The notes under the pieces are model-generated. The model worked only from the letters and a program-made list of their open reading frames with translations. It was not told the DNA's origin and did not search any database. A DNA stretch of 64,000 nucleotides from an uncultured Candidatus Babeliaceae bacterium (GTDB lineage: Bacteria > Babelota > Babeliae > Babelales > Babelaceae): NCBI GenBank assembly GCA_963704655.1, contig OY969927.1, positions 704,001 to 768,000 on the forward strand, written 5' to 3'. Made by a program: the position numbers and the translations under genes. Below, piece by piece: positions 19,427 through 28,971 of the stretch (position 1 is its first letter; every line of letters starts with the position of its first letter).

Positions 19427-20254
19427 ATGATCTTTAAAAAACTGTACACTATACTTTTTTGCGCTGCTCTTTTTGGTTGCGTATACGCAGTGTGGCTCTA
19501 TTACCGCTACACGCACTACAATAAACTCGCAAATCTTCAGCAAGAAATTCCGCAAGAAAAACGCATTAAGCATCTTGGCATTATTATGGACGGCAACCGC
19601 CGCTGGGCAAAATCGCATGGCTATAAGCCGTGGATTGGGCACAAGAAAGGCGTTGAACCCGTACGCACCACACTTGAATTTTGTATCAAAAATCAGATAC
19701 CGTACCTTACGCTCTATGTCTTTTCTTTGGAGAATTTTAATAGGCCCCAAGAAGAGCTGTCTTACTTATTTGATGTACTTGCACAGCAAATTGCAGACCA
19801 AGAGCTTGATAAACTCTTTAAAGAAGGCATTAAAGTACGCTTTATTGGTGAACGTTCACTGTTTCCTGAAAAACTTAAACCGCTTATTGAAGATATAGAA
19901 AATAAGACGCAAAACGGCACCAAACTGACCCTTAATCTACTTTTTTGCTATGGCGGCCAGCAAGAAATAGTCGCTGCATGCAAAAAAATCGCCCAAGAAT
20001 GCACAAATGGCATTTTAAAGCCTGAAGACATCACACCTGAACTCTTTGCCGAACAGCTCTGGAGCGGCCCTGTTCCACCCCCCGATTTAATAATAAGGAC
20101 GGCCGGAGACCAACGATTAAGTAATTTCCTGACTTGGGGTTCAGCCTATAGCGAACTCACCTTCTTGCCCTGTTTTTGGCCCGAAATAACCGAAAATAGG
20201 CTTGCGGCAACCACCGCAGACTACTACAACCGTAAACGCACCTTTGGCCGATAA
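19427..20254 (+). CDS. uppS: undecaprenyl diphosphate synthase
   Basis: HLGIIMDGNRRWA, FSLENFNRP, YGGQQEI, PDLIIRTAGDQRLSNFL. Confidence 0.95.
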   Translation: MIFKKLYTILFCAALFGCVYAVWLYYRYTHYNKLANLQQEIPQEKRIKHLGIIMDGNRRWAKSHGYKPWIGHKKGVEPVRTTLEFCIKNQIPYLTLYVFSLENFNRPQEELSYLFDVLAQQIADQELDKLFKEGIKVRFIGERSLFPEKLKPLIEDIENKTQNGTKLTLNLLFCYGGQQEIVAACKKIAQECTNGILKPEDITPELFAEQLWSGPVPPPDLIIRTAGDQRLSNFLTWGSAYSELTFLPCFWPEITENRLAATTADYYNRKRTFGR

Positions 20255-20355
20255 ATTCTTCATTTCTAGCCCCCATTTTACAATTAATTCCTATTTTGTT
20301 ATTATTAAATAGTAATAAAAAAATAGAAAGATATCTAAAAAATAAAGGAAGTTTT

Positions 20356-20742
20356 ATGAAAAAAATAGTAGCAATCTTAATTCTTACACTGACAAGCCTA
20401 TTGCCATCGTCCACTCAGGCGTCCACTGAGGCATTTAATGTACCATTATGGGGAATCGCCGCGCAAGCGACTATAGCCTATATACCTTTAATGCTCTCTG
20501 ACCCTGTTCTGAAAGACCGACCATCGATTAGTAATATGTTATATTCCAGAATGTCATATCGTACCAGAACCGCGCTTCTTCTGACGTCTGTGATTATAAG
20601 CACATCAAGTTTTCTTGACCTTGCTGATTCACGTGGATTTCTGGGCTTGTTACACAAAGCTGAGTTGTTACCTGAAGATTCAAGTAACTTATACCAATCA
20701 ATAATAGCTATCGGTCTTATTTCTATTTACGCATTATCATAA
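20356..20742 (+). CDS. hypothetical secreted/membrane protein
   Basis: Start MKKIVAIL after AAGGAA; signal peptide and TM segments. Confidence 0.6.
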   Translation: MKKIVAILILTLTSLLPSSTQASTEAFNVPLWGIAAQATIAYIPLMLSDPVLKDRPSISNMLYSRMSYRTRTALLLTSVIISTSSFLDLADSRGFLGLLHKAELLPEDSSNLYQSIIAIGLISIYALS

Positions 20743-20777
20743 ACAACTAAATATATCTTAAAATTTCAGGGTTTTTT

Positions 20778-20925
20778 ATGAAAAAAATAGTAGCAATCTT
20801 AATTCTTACGCTGGCAAGCTTTTTTGCCAGCATCCACTCAGGCATTTAATGCACCATTTACGGGAATTTTTGGCAGAAGTAGTTATAGCCCAAATATCTT
20901 TAAAGCTTTCAGAAAAGATTCGTGA
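20778..20925 (+). pseudogene. frameshifted paralogue of 20356..20742 (5' part)
   Basis: Near-identical first ~90 nt; extra T in a T6 run shifts the frame; end approximate. Confidence 0.7.
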
Positions 20926-20965
20926 GGTGGCCTTAAGTATAAACTGGGATTGTTACAAAAATGGG

Positions 20966-21202
20966 GATATTACCCCTGCGCTCTTCAATGGCCAACTTTG
21001 GGGCCAACTTTGGATGCCTAATTCACCCTGATTTAATAATCAAGACGGCCGGAGACCAACGATTAAGTAATTTCCGATTTGAGAGTTCAGCCTATAACGA
21101 ACTCACCTTCTTGCCCTGTTTTTGGCCCGAAATAACCCCGAAGAAAAACTTGCCGCAACTATAGCAGACTTCTATAAACGCAAACGGACATTTGGCCGGT
21201 AA
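20966..21202 (+). pseudogene. degenerate duplicate of the uppS 3' end
   Basis: DITPALF..QLW / PDLIIKTAGDQRLSNF..SAYNELTFLPCFWPEIT / ADFYKRKRTFGR* with frameshifts. Confidence 0.9.
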
Positions 21203-21213
21203 AAAAATAAATT

Positions 21214-22104
21214 TTAATCTTCTTTGCCCTGTAAGCCCGCTATATTTCTTACATCTTTGTAGCGTTCCCGAATATGCCAATTAAGCTTAAGCATAAGGTT
21301 TACATAGTTTGTGCTACCAATTTCAGGGTTTAACGCAGATTTAAGTTCTGTAAAATCTTTTTGTATCTCACTATACACATCATAAGCCTTATAAGAAGCA
21401 GTCCCGACACCAAAGGTCGCCATACCACCTGCAATTAAAAGGGGGTTACGCTCTGCAAAATCAATAGCTTTCTTTTGAATATCGGTAATAGTAGTATCAG
21501 CCTTTTTAAAAACACCTTTTTCATCTAAATAGCCTTCTACGTGTGGATGAGTAGCCTGGAAGGTCTTTTCTTGGCAATAATTCACTACGATTTGCTTTAA
21601 TTTATTAAGGGTTGGCAGTGCTGGAATAACTTCGCGAACAAGCTTTGGGTCACTAGATTCATCAATTGCTTTGTTCACCTGCACATTAAGCTCTTTGCTA
21701 TAACTTTCTAGCCCTGATTTAGAGGCAATTGCTGAAGTCGCCCGATGCATCGCCATATTTAAAACAGCATTGTAGCAATGTTCAAAAGCCATTTTTGACA
21801 ATGAATCAGTTGAAAGATTAGGCTTAGATGGAGAATTAGGTTTAGAAACCTCATTTTTGCTCGTCTTCGTCTCAGGCTCAGGATTTACTGATAAATTTAT
21901 AAAATCTGGGCCATATTCAAGATTAACCTCATTTGGATTGAAATAACCTTTTGTCCAACTCAAAAGCCCTTTTGCATAGGGACGCACTACTTTTTTTATC
22001 TCTTTCGATCCTGGTTCTTGAAAGGCCCACAGATTGAATGAGATTAAAGCCGAAAAGGCTGTTAAGAATATAATTCTAAAGTTTTTTTTAGAAAAATGCT
22101 TCAT
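21214..22104 (-). CDS. hypothetical secreted/membrane protein
   Basis: 296-aa ORF, signal-like N-terminus, RBS AAGGGAG. Confidence 0.6.
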   Translation of the reverse strand: MKHFSKKNFRIIFLTAFSALISFNLWAFQEPGSKEIKKVVRPYAKGLLSWTKGYFNPNEVNLEYGPDFINLSVNPEPETKTSKNEVSKPNSPSKPNLSTDSLSKMAFEHCYNAVLNMAMHRATSAIASKSGLESYSKELNVQVNKAIDESSDPKLVREVIPALPTLNKLKQIVVNYCQEKTFQATHPHVEGYLDEKGVFKKADTTITDIQKKAIDFAERNPLLIAGGMATFGVGTASYKAYDVYSEIQKDFTELKSALNPEIGSTNYVNLMLKLNWHIRERYKDVRNIAGLQGKED

Positions 22105-22219
22105 AATCTCCCTTCTTTAATGCAGATTCATATTGTCTAATTAATATTGTCTATTAGTACAATTATACACAAAATCAATAAATTTTACAAGTGGAAATTA
22201 TTAATTACAATATTTCAGG

Positions 22220-22247
22220 TTGACATTTTTTAATTCTTCTATAGAAT
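22220..22247 (+). promoter_or_regulatory. sigma70-like promoter of the GNAT operon
   Basis: TTGACA-N16-TAGAAT. Confidence 0.5.
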
Positions 22248-22286
22248 AAAATAAATATAAAAAAATAGAAAAGCTTAGAAGAAGTC

Positions 22287-22886
22287 ATGAAAAAACTAAT
22301 GTTATTTTTTGCCGGTATAGTTTTTTGGTCGACCATGCAGGGATTCGATGAATCCTTAAGGCCATTTATCCCTTTTAAAGCCGCTGATGAATTTACCGAG
22401 AAATCACTCGAAATAACTGAAAAATTTAAAAGGACTAACCGAAATGCTATAAATTTCCCATTCAAAGCATTTGAGATCTTTTGCAAAAATGAAGTGGACT
22501 CGATTCTTATAACAAATCCTGAAAAAACAAAGACCTTTGGATCGTTGGTATATTTATTTTTTAATAGCTCGATAGAAAAAAATGATCAACACAATCCAGC
22601 CTATATTTATATAACAAACATCAAAATTACGCGCCAATTGCGCGGCAACGGCTTGGGGTCAGCACTTTTTAATTATGTTCTGCATAAACAACACCCAGAA
22701 AAAATATCCTATATTGAACTTGCCTCGGCAGCATCTGACTATGAATACGAAAAGATCCCGCATGCAAAAGCGCGTGAGCGACTCAACAATTTTTATAAAA
22801 ATCTAGGTATGGTTAAAAAAATTGGCACGGTAAATCAATATATCCTGCATCTTGATACCACAAAAAAAATAAAAGGGGCACCATGA
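22287..22886 (+). CDS. GNAT acetyltransferase with signal peptide (1/7)
   Basis: LRGNGLGSALF motif A; LNNFYKNLGM. Confidence 0.75.
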   Translation: MKKLMLFFAGIVFWSTMQGFDESLRPFIPFKAADEFTEKSLEITEKFKRTNRNAINFPFKAFEIFCKNEVDSILITNPEKTKTFGSLVYLFFNSSIEKNDQHNPAYIYITNIKITRQLRGNGLGSALFNYVLHKQHPEKISYIELASAASDYEYEKIPHAKARERLNNFYKNLGMVKKIGTVNQYILHLDTTKKIKGAP

Positions 22887-23335
22887 AAAAAATAATATCA
22901 TCACTCTTATTCTTCTTTAGCTTCATAGTACAAGCAAATCCTGTAGAGATAACTGAAGAATTTTCACTAAAAAAAGAGATCAATGGTAAACGTATTTATG
23001 TATCGCTTTTAAAAGGTTCTCAAAAAATAGGCATTGCTAGCGGAACGGAATTTTTAGAGTACATAACTCTGGGGGTTTTGAATGTTTTAGAAAAAAAAGA
23101 TCGCAAGAATGGCAATGGTTCACGGCTTTTAAAAGAATTTTTAGCCTATGCACAAGAACGCAATAAGCTCGTGTTAGCAAAAGTGTATCCTATGGACTGT
23201 AATAATGACCTAAAGGGACTTTTAATCTTTTATGAAAAGCGTGGAGCTCAGATCATCAACGCTTCATATATTGATAAAGAAGATGGAATTGAAAAAGCCA
23301 TAATAGCGTTCCAAAAACACGTTACGCAGGCATAA
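22883..23335 (+). CDS. GNAT acetyltransferase with signal peptide (2/7)
   Basis: RKNGNGSRLL; LLIFYEKRG. Confidence 0.75.
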   Translation: MKKIISSLLFFFSFIVQANPVEITEEFSLKKEINGKRIYVSLLKGSQKIGIASGTEFLEYITLGVLNVLEKKDRKNGNGSRLLKEFLAYAQERNKLVLAKVYPMDCNNDLKGLLIFYEKRGAQIINASYIDKEDGIEKAIIAFQKHVTQA

Positions 23336-23853
23336 TGAAAAAAATAATATCAACTTTTTTATTATTCTTTACCATCTTGCTACCAGCAAATCCCGTAGAT
23401 ATAACTAAAGAGTTTTGCACAACAACTAACTTCGAAATGGGTTCTGGATTCAAAATCTTTTCAGAAAAAACATCTTTTTATAAGCGCCCTGCTCTATGCA
23501 TAACTATTAAAAATCAATCAGACGGAGCAAAAATAGGCGAAATCTCTTATTCAAAAAAACAATCCCCCGATAAAAGCACATATCATAATGTTGTTGAAAG
23601 TATAGCCATTGAGGAAAATTTTCAATCAAAAGGATACGGCTCACTTTTATTAAAATATGCTTTGGCTCAATGTTCCACAAAAGAATGTCTGGGAACAAAT
23701 GTTTTTGCAACAACCACAAATTCAAGTGACCCAAATGATTACAAACGCCTCAAAGCTTTTTATATACGCGCCGGTGGCATTCTTGAAAATAATTCTGAAA
23801 CAAAGCTTACAGGAAGATTCAACTTTCCATCGCACTACACGGAGAAAGCATAA
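23335..23853 (+). CDS. GNAT acetyltransferase with signal peptide (3/7)
   Basis: FQSKGYGSLLL; LKAFYIRAGG. Confidence 0.75.
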   Translation: MKKIISTFLLFFTILLPANPVDITKEFCTTTNFEMGSGFKIFSEKTSFYKRPALCITIKNQSDGAKIGEISYSKKQSPDKSTYHNVVESIAIEENFQSKGYGSLLLKYALAQCSTKECLGTNVFATTTNSSDPNDYKRLKAFYIRAGGILENNSETKLTGRFNFPSHYTEKA

Positions 23854-24311
23854 TGAAAAAATTAATCTTATTAATAACCTGTATTTTAGCCCAATTTAAA
23901 ACTCTAGCATCTCTAGAAGTCTATGTTAAAGAGAGCACAAAAAAAAATGTAACCACTTTAATACCCTACAATAAACAAACTGACATGCCACTTGGATTAT
24001 GCACGTATGAAAATCAACCAGATAAAATTACTTTAGGCTATTTACGGATAAACACAGGCTACAGAAAACAACAAATTGGCTCCCTATTACTCAACAAAGT
24101 ACTCGAGACTGCAAGAAGCGTACAAAGGCCTATTCACGCTGAAGTAAGCCCCTTGGCTGAAACAACTTCGGGAAAAACTGATAAAGAGCTGTTGAATGAT
24201 TTACTACGATTTTACACCAGGCATGGTGCGGAAATAGTTGAACTGCGGGAACACGAAGCAGATATAGTTTTCAATAAACATCTTTTGCAAGAAAATACTG
24301 ATGAATTTTAA
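23853..24311 (+). CDS. GNAT acetyltransferase with signal peptide (4/7)
   Basis: YRKQQIGSLLL; LLRFYTRHG. Confidence 0.75.
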   Translation: MKKLILLITCILAQFKTLASLEVYVKESTKKNVTTLIPYNKQTDMPLGLCTYENQPDKITLGYLRINTGYRKQQIGSLLLNKVLETARSVQRPIHAEVSPLAETTSGKTDKELLNDLLRFYTRHGAEIVELREHEADIVFNKHLLQENTDEF

Positions 24312-25009
24312 AAAAGAACTACTAACTGTACAAGTAACGGCTTTTTAAGATCTATCCAAGAACCGGGCAAAGGCTTTTGAGCAATAATAGTTCCTGGCAG
24401 AAAGTCACGGTATTTTTTTAAATCATTGCTTTCTTTAAAAAGCGTCACAGTTATTCCATAATTTTCTAAAAACTCTTGAACAACTATACTATCTTGCCCT
24501 ATTACATCAGGCATAATACGATTTGTTTGTGGCCCAGAACTGACTAAAAGCTGAACGGTTTGATTATCATAAGCAAGTCCTGGCTCTGGACTTTGCGCAA
24601 TAACGGTTCCTGCCGGCATATGATGCATAATTAGATGTGATTTGATAAAAACACCATCTTGCGTGGCCCTTTGCTGCCATTTTGCTTCATTTTTCCCAGT
24701 AAAATCGGGAATATTTGATTGGTTTGGAATTTTGGAAATAGTAATAAAGACCGCCTGTTTTGGCTTTATAGATGCCCCTGGCACCGGTTTTTGTGCTAAA
24801 ATTGTCCCCGGGCTTGTTTCTGTCGCCTCAAGTTCAGATAAAATCTTTAACGTAAACCCCTGATCAGTCGCTTGGCGCAATGCATAGGTTACTGAATGAC
24901 CCAATAAAGCTGGCGCTTTAAGGGACTTTTCATGAACAAAGAATGAAATCAGGCCAAAACCTGCTAGAAATGCGATAAAGGGAATAAAGACATAGAGAGA
25001 ATAATTCAT
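24308..25009 (-). CDS. PASTA-domain membrane protein
   Basis: N-terminal TM and three PASTA-like repeats (PGTILAQKP.PG, AGTVIAQSP.PG, PGTIIAQKP.PG). Confidence 0.85.
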   Translation of the reverse strand: MNYSLYVFIPFIAFLAGFGLISFFVHEKSLKAPALLGHSVTYALRQATDQGFTLKILSELEATETSPGTILAQKPVPGASIKPKQAVFITISKIPNQSNIPDFTGKNEAKWQQRATQDGVFIKSHLIMHHMPAGTVIAQSPEPGLAYDNQTVQLLVSSGPQTNRIMPDVIGQDSIVVQEFLENYGITVTLFKESNDLKKYRDFLPGTIIAQKPLPGSWIDLKKPLLVQLVVLF

Positions 25010-25023
25010 GATTTTTACTACGT

Positions 25024-25057
25024 CCGCTCATCCTGAGCTTGTCGAAGGGTTAGGCGG
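25024..25057 (+). repeat. family A repeat, single
   Basis: CCGCTCATCCTGAGCTTGTCGAAGGGTTAGGCGG. Confidence 0.9.
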
Positions 25058-25077
25058 TTCAAATAAAGTTTTTTAAT

Positions 25078-25482
25078 AGTGATTAAGGTGACCAATAAGC
25101 CAGATTCTGTTACACCCAATTTCTTGGGCATATGGCAACCATTTCTCTGAGCGATACACCCGCATAATAATTCTACTACGCTCTTTCGAGCTTCGAAGAA
25201 CAGGCCGGAACGAATACCGTATATGCTGCTTGATCTTGCTCCAGGTAGGGTTTGCCGCCCTCAGCTAGTCACCTAACTGAGCCGTGCGCTCTTACCGCAC
25301 ATTTTCACCCTTACAAGCGCCTAAGCGCGAGCGGTCTTGTCTCTGTGGCACTTTCCATGATTTACATCTTCTGCAGCTTTTCAACCGTAGATACCATCTT
25401 CGTTTGGAGTCTGGACTTTCCTCATTACGCCATAGCTCAATGAGCGACGGCAAACGCGATTGCCTAGGCTACCTTAACCACC
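25078..25482 (-). ncRNA. rnpB: RNase P RNA
   Basis: Minus strand GAGGAAAGTCC, GAAAGTGCCACAGA, GGCAAACCC..CCTGGAGCAAG, ACAGAATCTGGCTTA; P1 pairing GGTTAAGGTAGCC/GGTCACCTTAATC. Confidence 0.95.
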
Positions 25483-25549
25483 ATATATACCAGATTATAC
25501 ACTATTTTACTCCAATTGTCTTCATACCACGCATTAACATATTGCCAAT

Positions 25550-25577
25550 TTGACATTTTTTTACAATTTAGTAAACT
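25550..25577 (+). promoter_or_regulatory. sigma70-like promoter
   Basis: TTGACA-N16-TAAACT upstream of GNAT 5. Confidence 0.45.
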
Positions 25578-25614
25578 AATAGTAATCAAAAAAAGTAAAA
25601 ATTAGAGGTGATTT

Positions 25615-26178
25615 ATGAATTTTAAGAACTTTTTTCTATTATTCTCTGTGATCATAGCCACGACCCACGCTCAAGACCCAGAATTAGGTGATATTACCCA
25701 GGAATTTTGTAAGGTAACTAATACACCTGATACTATCTGCGCACAGTTTCAAGCTTTTAAAAGAAAGCTAACTCCCGCCAGAACGGAAGTGGAACTTTTC
25801 AAAAAAGTGGTCAAAACACCAAATAGCCTCGAACTCGAGCCTTCTGAACCAGAAAGACAAAAAATAGGGTATGTCGAATATACCAAAACTAAAGATAATG
25901 TTATTAGGGTAGAATGGTTAAAAGTTAATGACGATTTTCAAGGTAACAATTATGGCTCAAAATTATTACTGTATGCACTAGCACAATGCAATAATTGCCC
26001 TTATACCACCCTCATGGCCAGCCCATTTACCGCCAGATCCGATAGCCGACCTGAAAAATATCAAAAACTTAAACAATTTTATGCTAGCCATGGCGGAAAA
26101 GTCCTTTATGAAGGTTCCGAACACTGGGATGAATCCAAGCCCACTTATGCACGAATGTATTTTTCTGAGAATTTTTAG
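25615..26178 (+). CDS. GNAT acetyltransferase with signal peptide (5/7)
   Basis: DITQEFCKVTNTPDTIC; FQGNNYGSKLL; LKQFYASHGG. Confidence 0.75.
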   Translation: MNFKNFFLLFSVIIATTHAQDPELGDITQEFCKVTNTPDTICAQFQAFKRKLTPARTEVELFKKVVKTPNSLELEPSEPERQKIGYVEYTKTKDNVIRVEWLKVNDDFQGNNYGSKLLLYALAQCNNCPYTTLMASPFTARSDSRPEKYQKLKQFYASHGGKVLYEGSEHWDESKPTYARMYFSENF

Positions 26179-26201
26179 ACAAGTTAACGATAAAAAATAC
26201 C

Positions 26202-26726
26202 ATGAATAAAATATCCCACTACATATTAAGCATAAGCATTCTGATTGCATTTCAGATAAAAGCCGTTATTACTATAAGCACCACAACGAATATCACTGAA
26301 GAATTCTGTAAAGTTACTGAAACTCCAGATACCATCTGTGAAAAGTTTCAAGCATATAAAAGAGTATTTTATGATCGAATCCAAATCGACCTTATAGAAA
26401 AAAATACGCATAATGATATCGGATACGTATCGTTTCAAAAAGACAACAATAACAACATGCAGATAAAATCGTTAGAAATTGAACCTAAATTTCAAGAAAA
26501 CAAGCATGGCTCAAGATTATTACGCTACACGCTTGCTCAATGTACTGGCGCCTGTACCAAAACATTATTAAAAGCATACCCTTCTGCGGCATCAACAGAA
26601 AATCACGATCGGGAACTAGAACGATTAATAAAATTTTACGAAAGACATGGCGGTAAAATGCTTGATAGAGATCAAGAAGCTGCTCACTTCGAATTTAAAA
26701 ACCAGGGACAAAAGAATCATGCATAA
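26202..26726 (+). CDS. GNAT acetyltransferase with signal peptide (6/7)
   Basis: NITEEFCKVTETPDTIC; FQENKHGSRLL; LIKFYERHGG. Confidence 0.75.
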   Translation: MNKISHYILSISILIAFQIKAVITISTTTNITEEFCKVTETPDTICEKFQAYKRVFYDRIQIDLIEKNTHNDIGYVSFQKDNNNNMQIKSLEIEPKFQENKHGSRLLRYTLAQCTGACTKTLLKAYPSAASTENHDRELERLIKFYERHGGKMLDRDQEAAHFEFKNQGQKNHA

Positions 26727-27915
26727 AAAAATTTCTACCTATTTAACTATTACAGTAAGCGTGTTCATGCTTTTAAGCGCCTGCAGAAACAAAAAAGTAA
26801 AATTAACCATTCAAGCACCTCAAGCTATGCCGGAATTTTTTGATATGCGCCCAACGACAGAACATATTTCATATCTGTATGCTCCGGGCATGATGAACAC
26901 CGAGCTTGGCATGGGTAGATATTGCCCAGAATTTACGGCCTCTACCGGTGAAAAAGTCACGTGGAGATCGGGCGGACAGGTTATCGGCCAACCACACAGC
27001 GCGGTGGTATTTCCAGAGATCGATCTCAGAAAACCAGATTATTTCACAATAAATCCGATTATGATGCTTATTAATGGCATGCGCCAAGATCTTGCACCTT
27101 TGGCTTTACGCTTTATGAAAGATGGCCTTGATTTTACCGTTATTGATAATCCAGATTCACCATTATCAATAGCAAATTATAGCTTCAATTTTGGCAAGGC
27201 AAACTTAGGCCAAAAAAACGACATTAAAACATTACATAAAGCCTATAACAATCATATAGAACGATACCCAAATACCGGCGTTATTATGTATGGCGATTCG
27301 CGCGGCGCAGCAACTATTTTTAATTTTATCGCGCTCCATAAGCCACAACAGGTAAAAGCTGCAGTTCTAGACGGTATTTTTGACAATATCCCGCACACGG
27401 TGAAACATTTTGCGTATACCGATAAACGCGCATGTGAAGAAGACAGACTCTACAGCATCGTACGCTTTATGATGGGAAGCTACAAACATGATGGCATTAA
27501 TCAACGTGAATGCGCAGAGATTATTGCAGATGATATCCCGCTTTTAATGGTAATATCACTCAAAGACGGCCTTGTGGCACCACAATCTGCCTTTTATTTA
27601 TATAACAGACTCCGTGACCGTGGCCACCAAAAAATTCATTTACTTGTCTTAAAAAGAGCATTGCACCCAGCGTATATGATCACTGACGCACAGGATAAAA
27701 AAGTCTATGAAACAGTTGTGCACGCATTTTACAAAAAGTATAACTTGCCGCACAATACTGCACTGGCTTTAGAGGGACAAAAAGACTTTGATGCTACCCA
27801 GCCAACAGCAGAGTATCTTCAAGTTACCTATAATTTGCCAACTTGTGCATTATGCGATGCAACTCAGCCAGAAAAAGTAAACGGCAAAAAGATTAAAAGA
27901 ACCATAAAAAAATAA
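26719..27915 (+). CDS. alpha/beta-hydrolase lipoprotein
   Basis: Lipobox LLSAC; GDSRGA nucleophile elbow; start at MHKK overlapping the upstream stop. Confidence 0.75.
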   Translation: MHKKISTYLTITVSVFMLLSACRNKKVKLTIQAPQAMPEFFDMRPTTEHISYLYAPGMMNTELGMGRYCPEFTASTGEKVTWRSGGQVIGQPHSAVVFPEIDLRKPDYFTINPIMMLINGMRQDLAPLALRFMKDGLDFTVIDNPDSPLSIANYSFNFGKANLGQKNDIKTLHKAYNNHIERYPNTGVIMYGDSRGAATIFNFIALHKPQQVKAAVLDGIFDNIPHTVKHFAYTDKRACEEDRLYSIVRFMMGSYKHDGINQRECAEIIADDIPLLMVISLKDGLVAPQSAFYLYNRLRDRGHQKIHLLVLKRALHPAYMITDAQDKKVYETVVHAFYKKYNLPHNTALALEGQKDFDATQPTAEYLQVTYNLPTCALCDATQPEKVNGKKIKRTIKK

Positions 27916-27930
27916 ATCTAAAGGGACATT

Positions 27931-28503
27931 ATGAATTTCAAATATTTTTTTGCATTATCTTTTTTCGTTTTACCTCAAGCAGTAACACTTGAAATAGAAA
28001 AAACAGATATCACAGAAGAATTCTGTTGCGTAACTCAAACACCAGATACAATCTGCGCTCAACTTCAAGTATTTCTTCAAATAAGTCGTTTCACTGACAA
28101 CAAAAAAATCTTCAAACAGGAAGTCCAAATTAAACGTAAAAATGATCAAAAAGAAATTGGTACTATATCCTTTGAGCAACAAAAATTCGAGAAAACAGAT
28201 CCCGACTATCCCGACTATATCCTTAAAATACGCGAGCTTGAGGTCGAACCTGGATCTCAAAAACAAGGCTATGGCAGTAAATTGTTAAATTATACTCTTT
28301 CTCAATATTGTGGCTCGACATGCGATGGTGCATATTTAGTCGCCCATGCTTTTAGGGCACCTGAAAGTCAAAGAATAGTGGAACTTGAAAAACTAAAAAA
28401 ATTCTACAAAAAACACGGTGGCGAAGAACTCCCTGTACCTTCACGCGAAATACCTAGAGATGACCCAACAAGGGCTAAATTTGCATTTAAAGAAAAAAAA
28501 TAA
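27931..28503 (+). CDS. GNAT acetyltransferase with signal peptide (7/7)
   Basis: DITEEFCCVTQTPDTIC; SQKQGYGSKLL; LKKFYKKHGG. Confidence 0.75.
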   Translation: MNFKYFFALSFFVLPQAVTLEIEKTDITEEFCCVTQTPDTICAQLQVFLQISRFTDNKKIFKQEVQIKRKNDQKEIGTISFEQQKFEKTDPDYPDYILKIRELEVEPGSQKQGYGSKLLNYTLSQYCGSTCDGAYLVAHAFRAPESQRIVELEKLKKFYKKHGGEELPVPSREIPRDDPTRAKFAFKEKK

Positions 28504-28831
28504 CAGCTAGAATTGTAAAGTACGAAAACGCTAAAATCCAGCGGACCCACTTGTCTTCGCGCAAAAGTTTATTAAAATAGTTTGCAGAGACAAGCATAAT
28601 AATAATTGTGCCATAAAAAAATGGCGTAGTTACGCCGTAAAATACGGCTTGCATAACAACAAAAAAAGCTGAAACCACCCTAACAATTCGTGGCGAGAAA
28701 AAGCTCACATGATACGCAAATATAAAGGGCGTAGTTACCGACAATAATCTTCCTGCTAACCCATTCAGGATTATATCAAAAAAAATTGCGCCAATAATAA
28801 TAAGTAATTGATTAATTATTTTCATAAACAT
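28487..28831 (-). CDS. small integral membrane protein
   Basis: 114 aa, almost entirely hydrophobic. Confidence 0.55.
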   Translation of the reverse strand: MFMKIINQLLIIIGAIFFDIILNGLAGRLLSVTTPFIFAYHVSFFSPRIVRVVSAFFVVMQAVFYGVTTPFFYGTIIIMLVSANYFNKLLREDKWVRWILAFSYFTILAVIFFL

Positions 28832-28845
28832 AGTGAATTAAAATT

Positions 28846-28920
28846 CGCGCTAACCCTTCGACTGGCTCAGGATGAGCGAGCCTTTAGCATCGAGCTTGAC
28901 GAGATGTCAGGATGAGCGGC
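28846..28920. repeat. family A composite repeat
   Basis: CGCTAACCCTTCGACTGGCTCAGGATGAGCG + CATCGAGCTTGACGAGATG + TCAGGATGAGCGGC. Confidence 0.8.
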
Positions 28921-28971
28921 GTGTTAAAGTTAATTGTGGTTAGTAACTATAAATGTGAGTATACTAATAGT

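Noticed and set aside
25252-25553. Short ORFs 25252..25443 and 25284..25553
   Set aside because: Antisense to rnpB.
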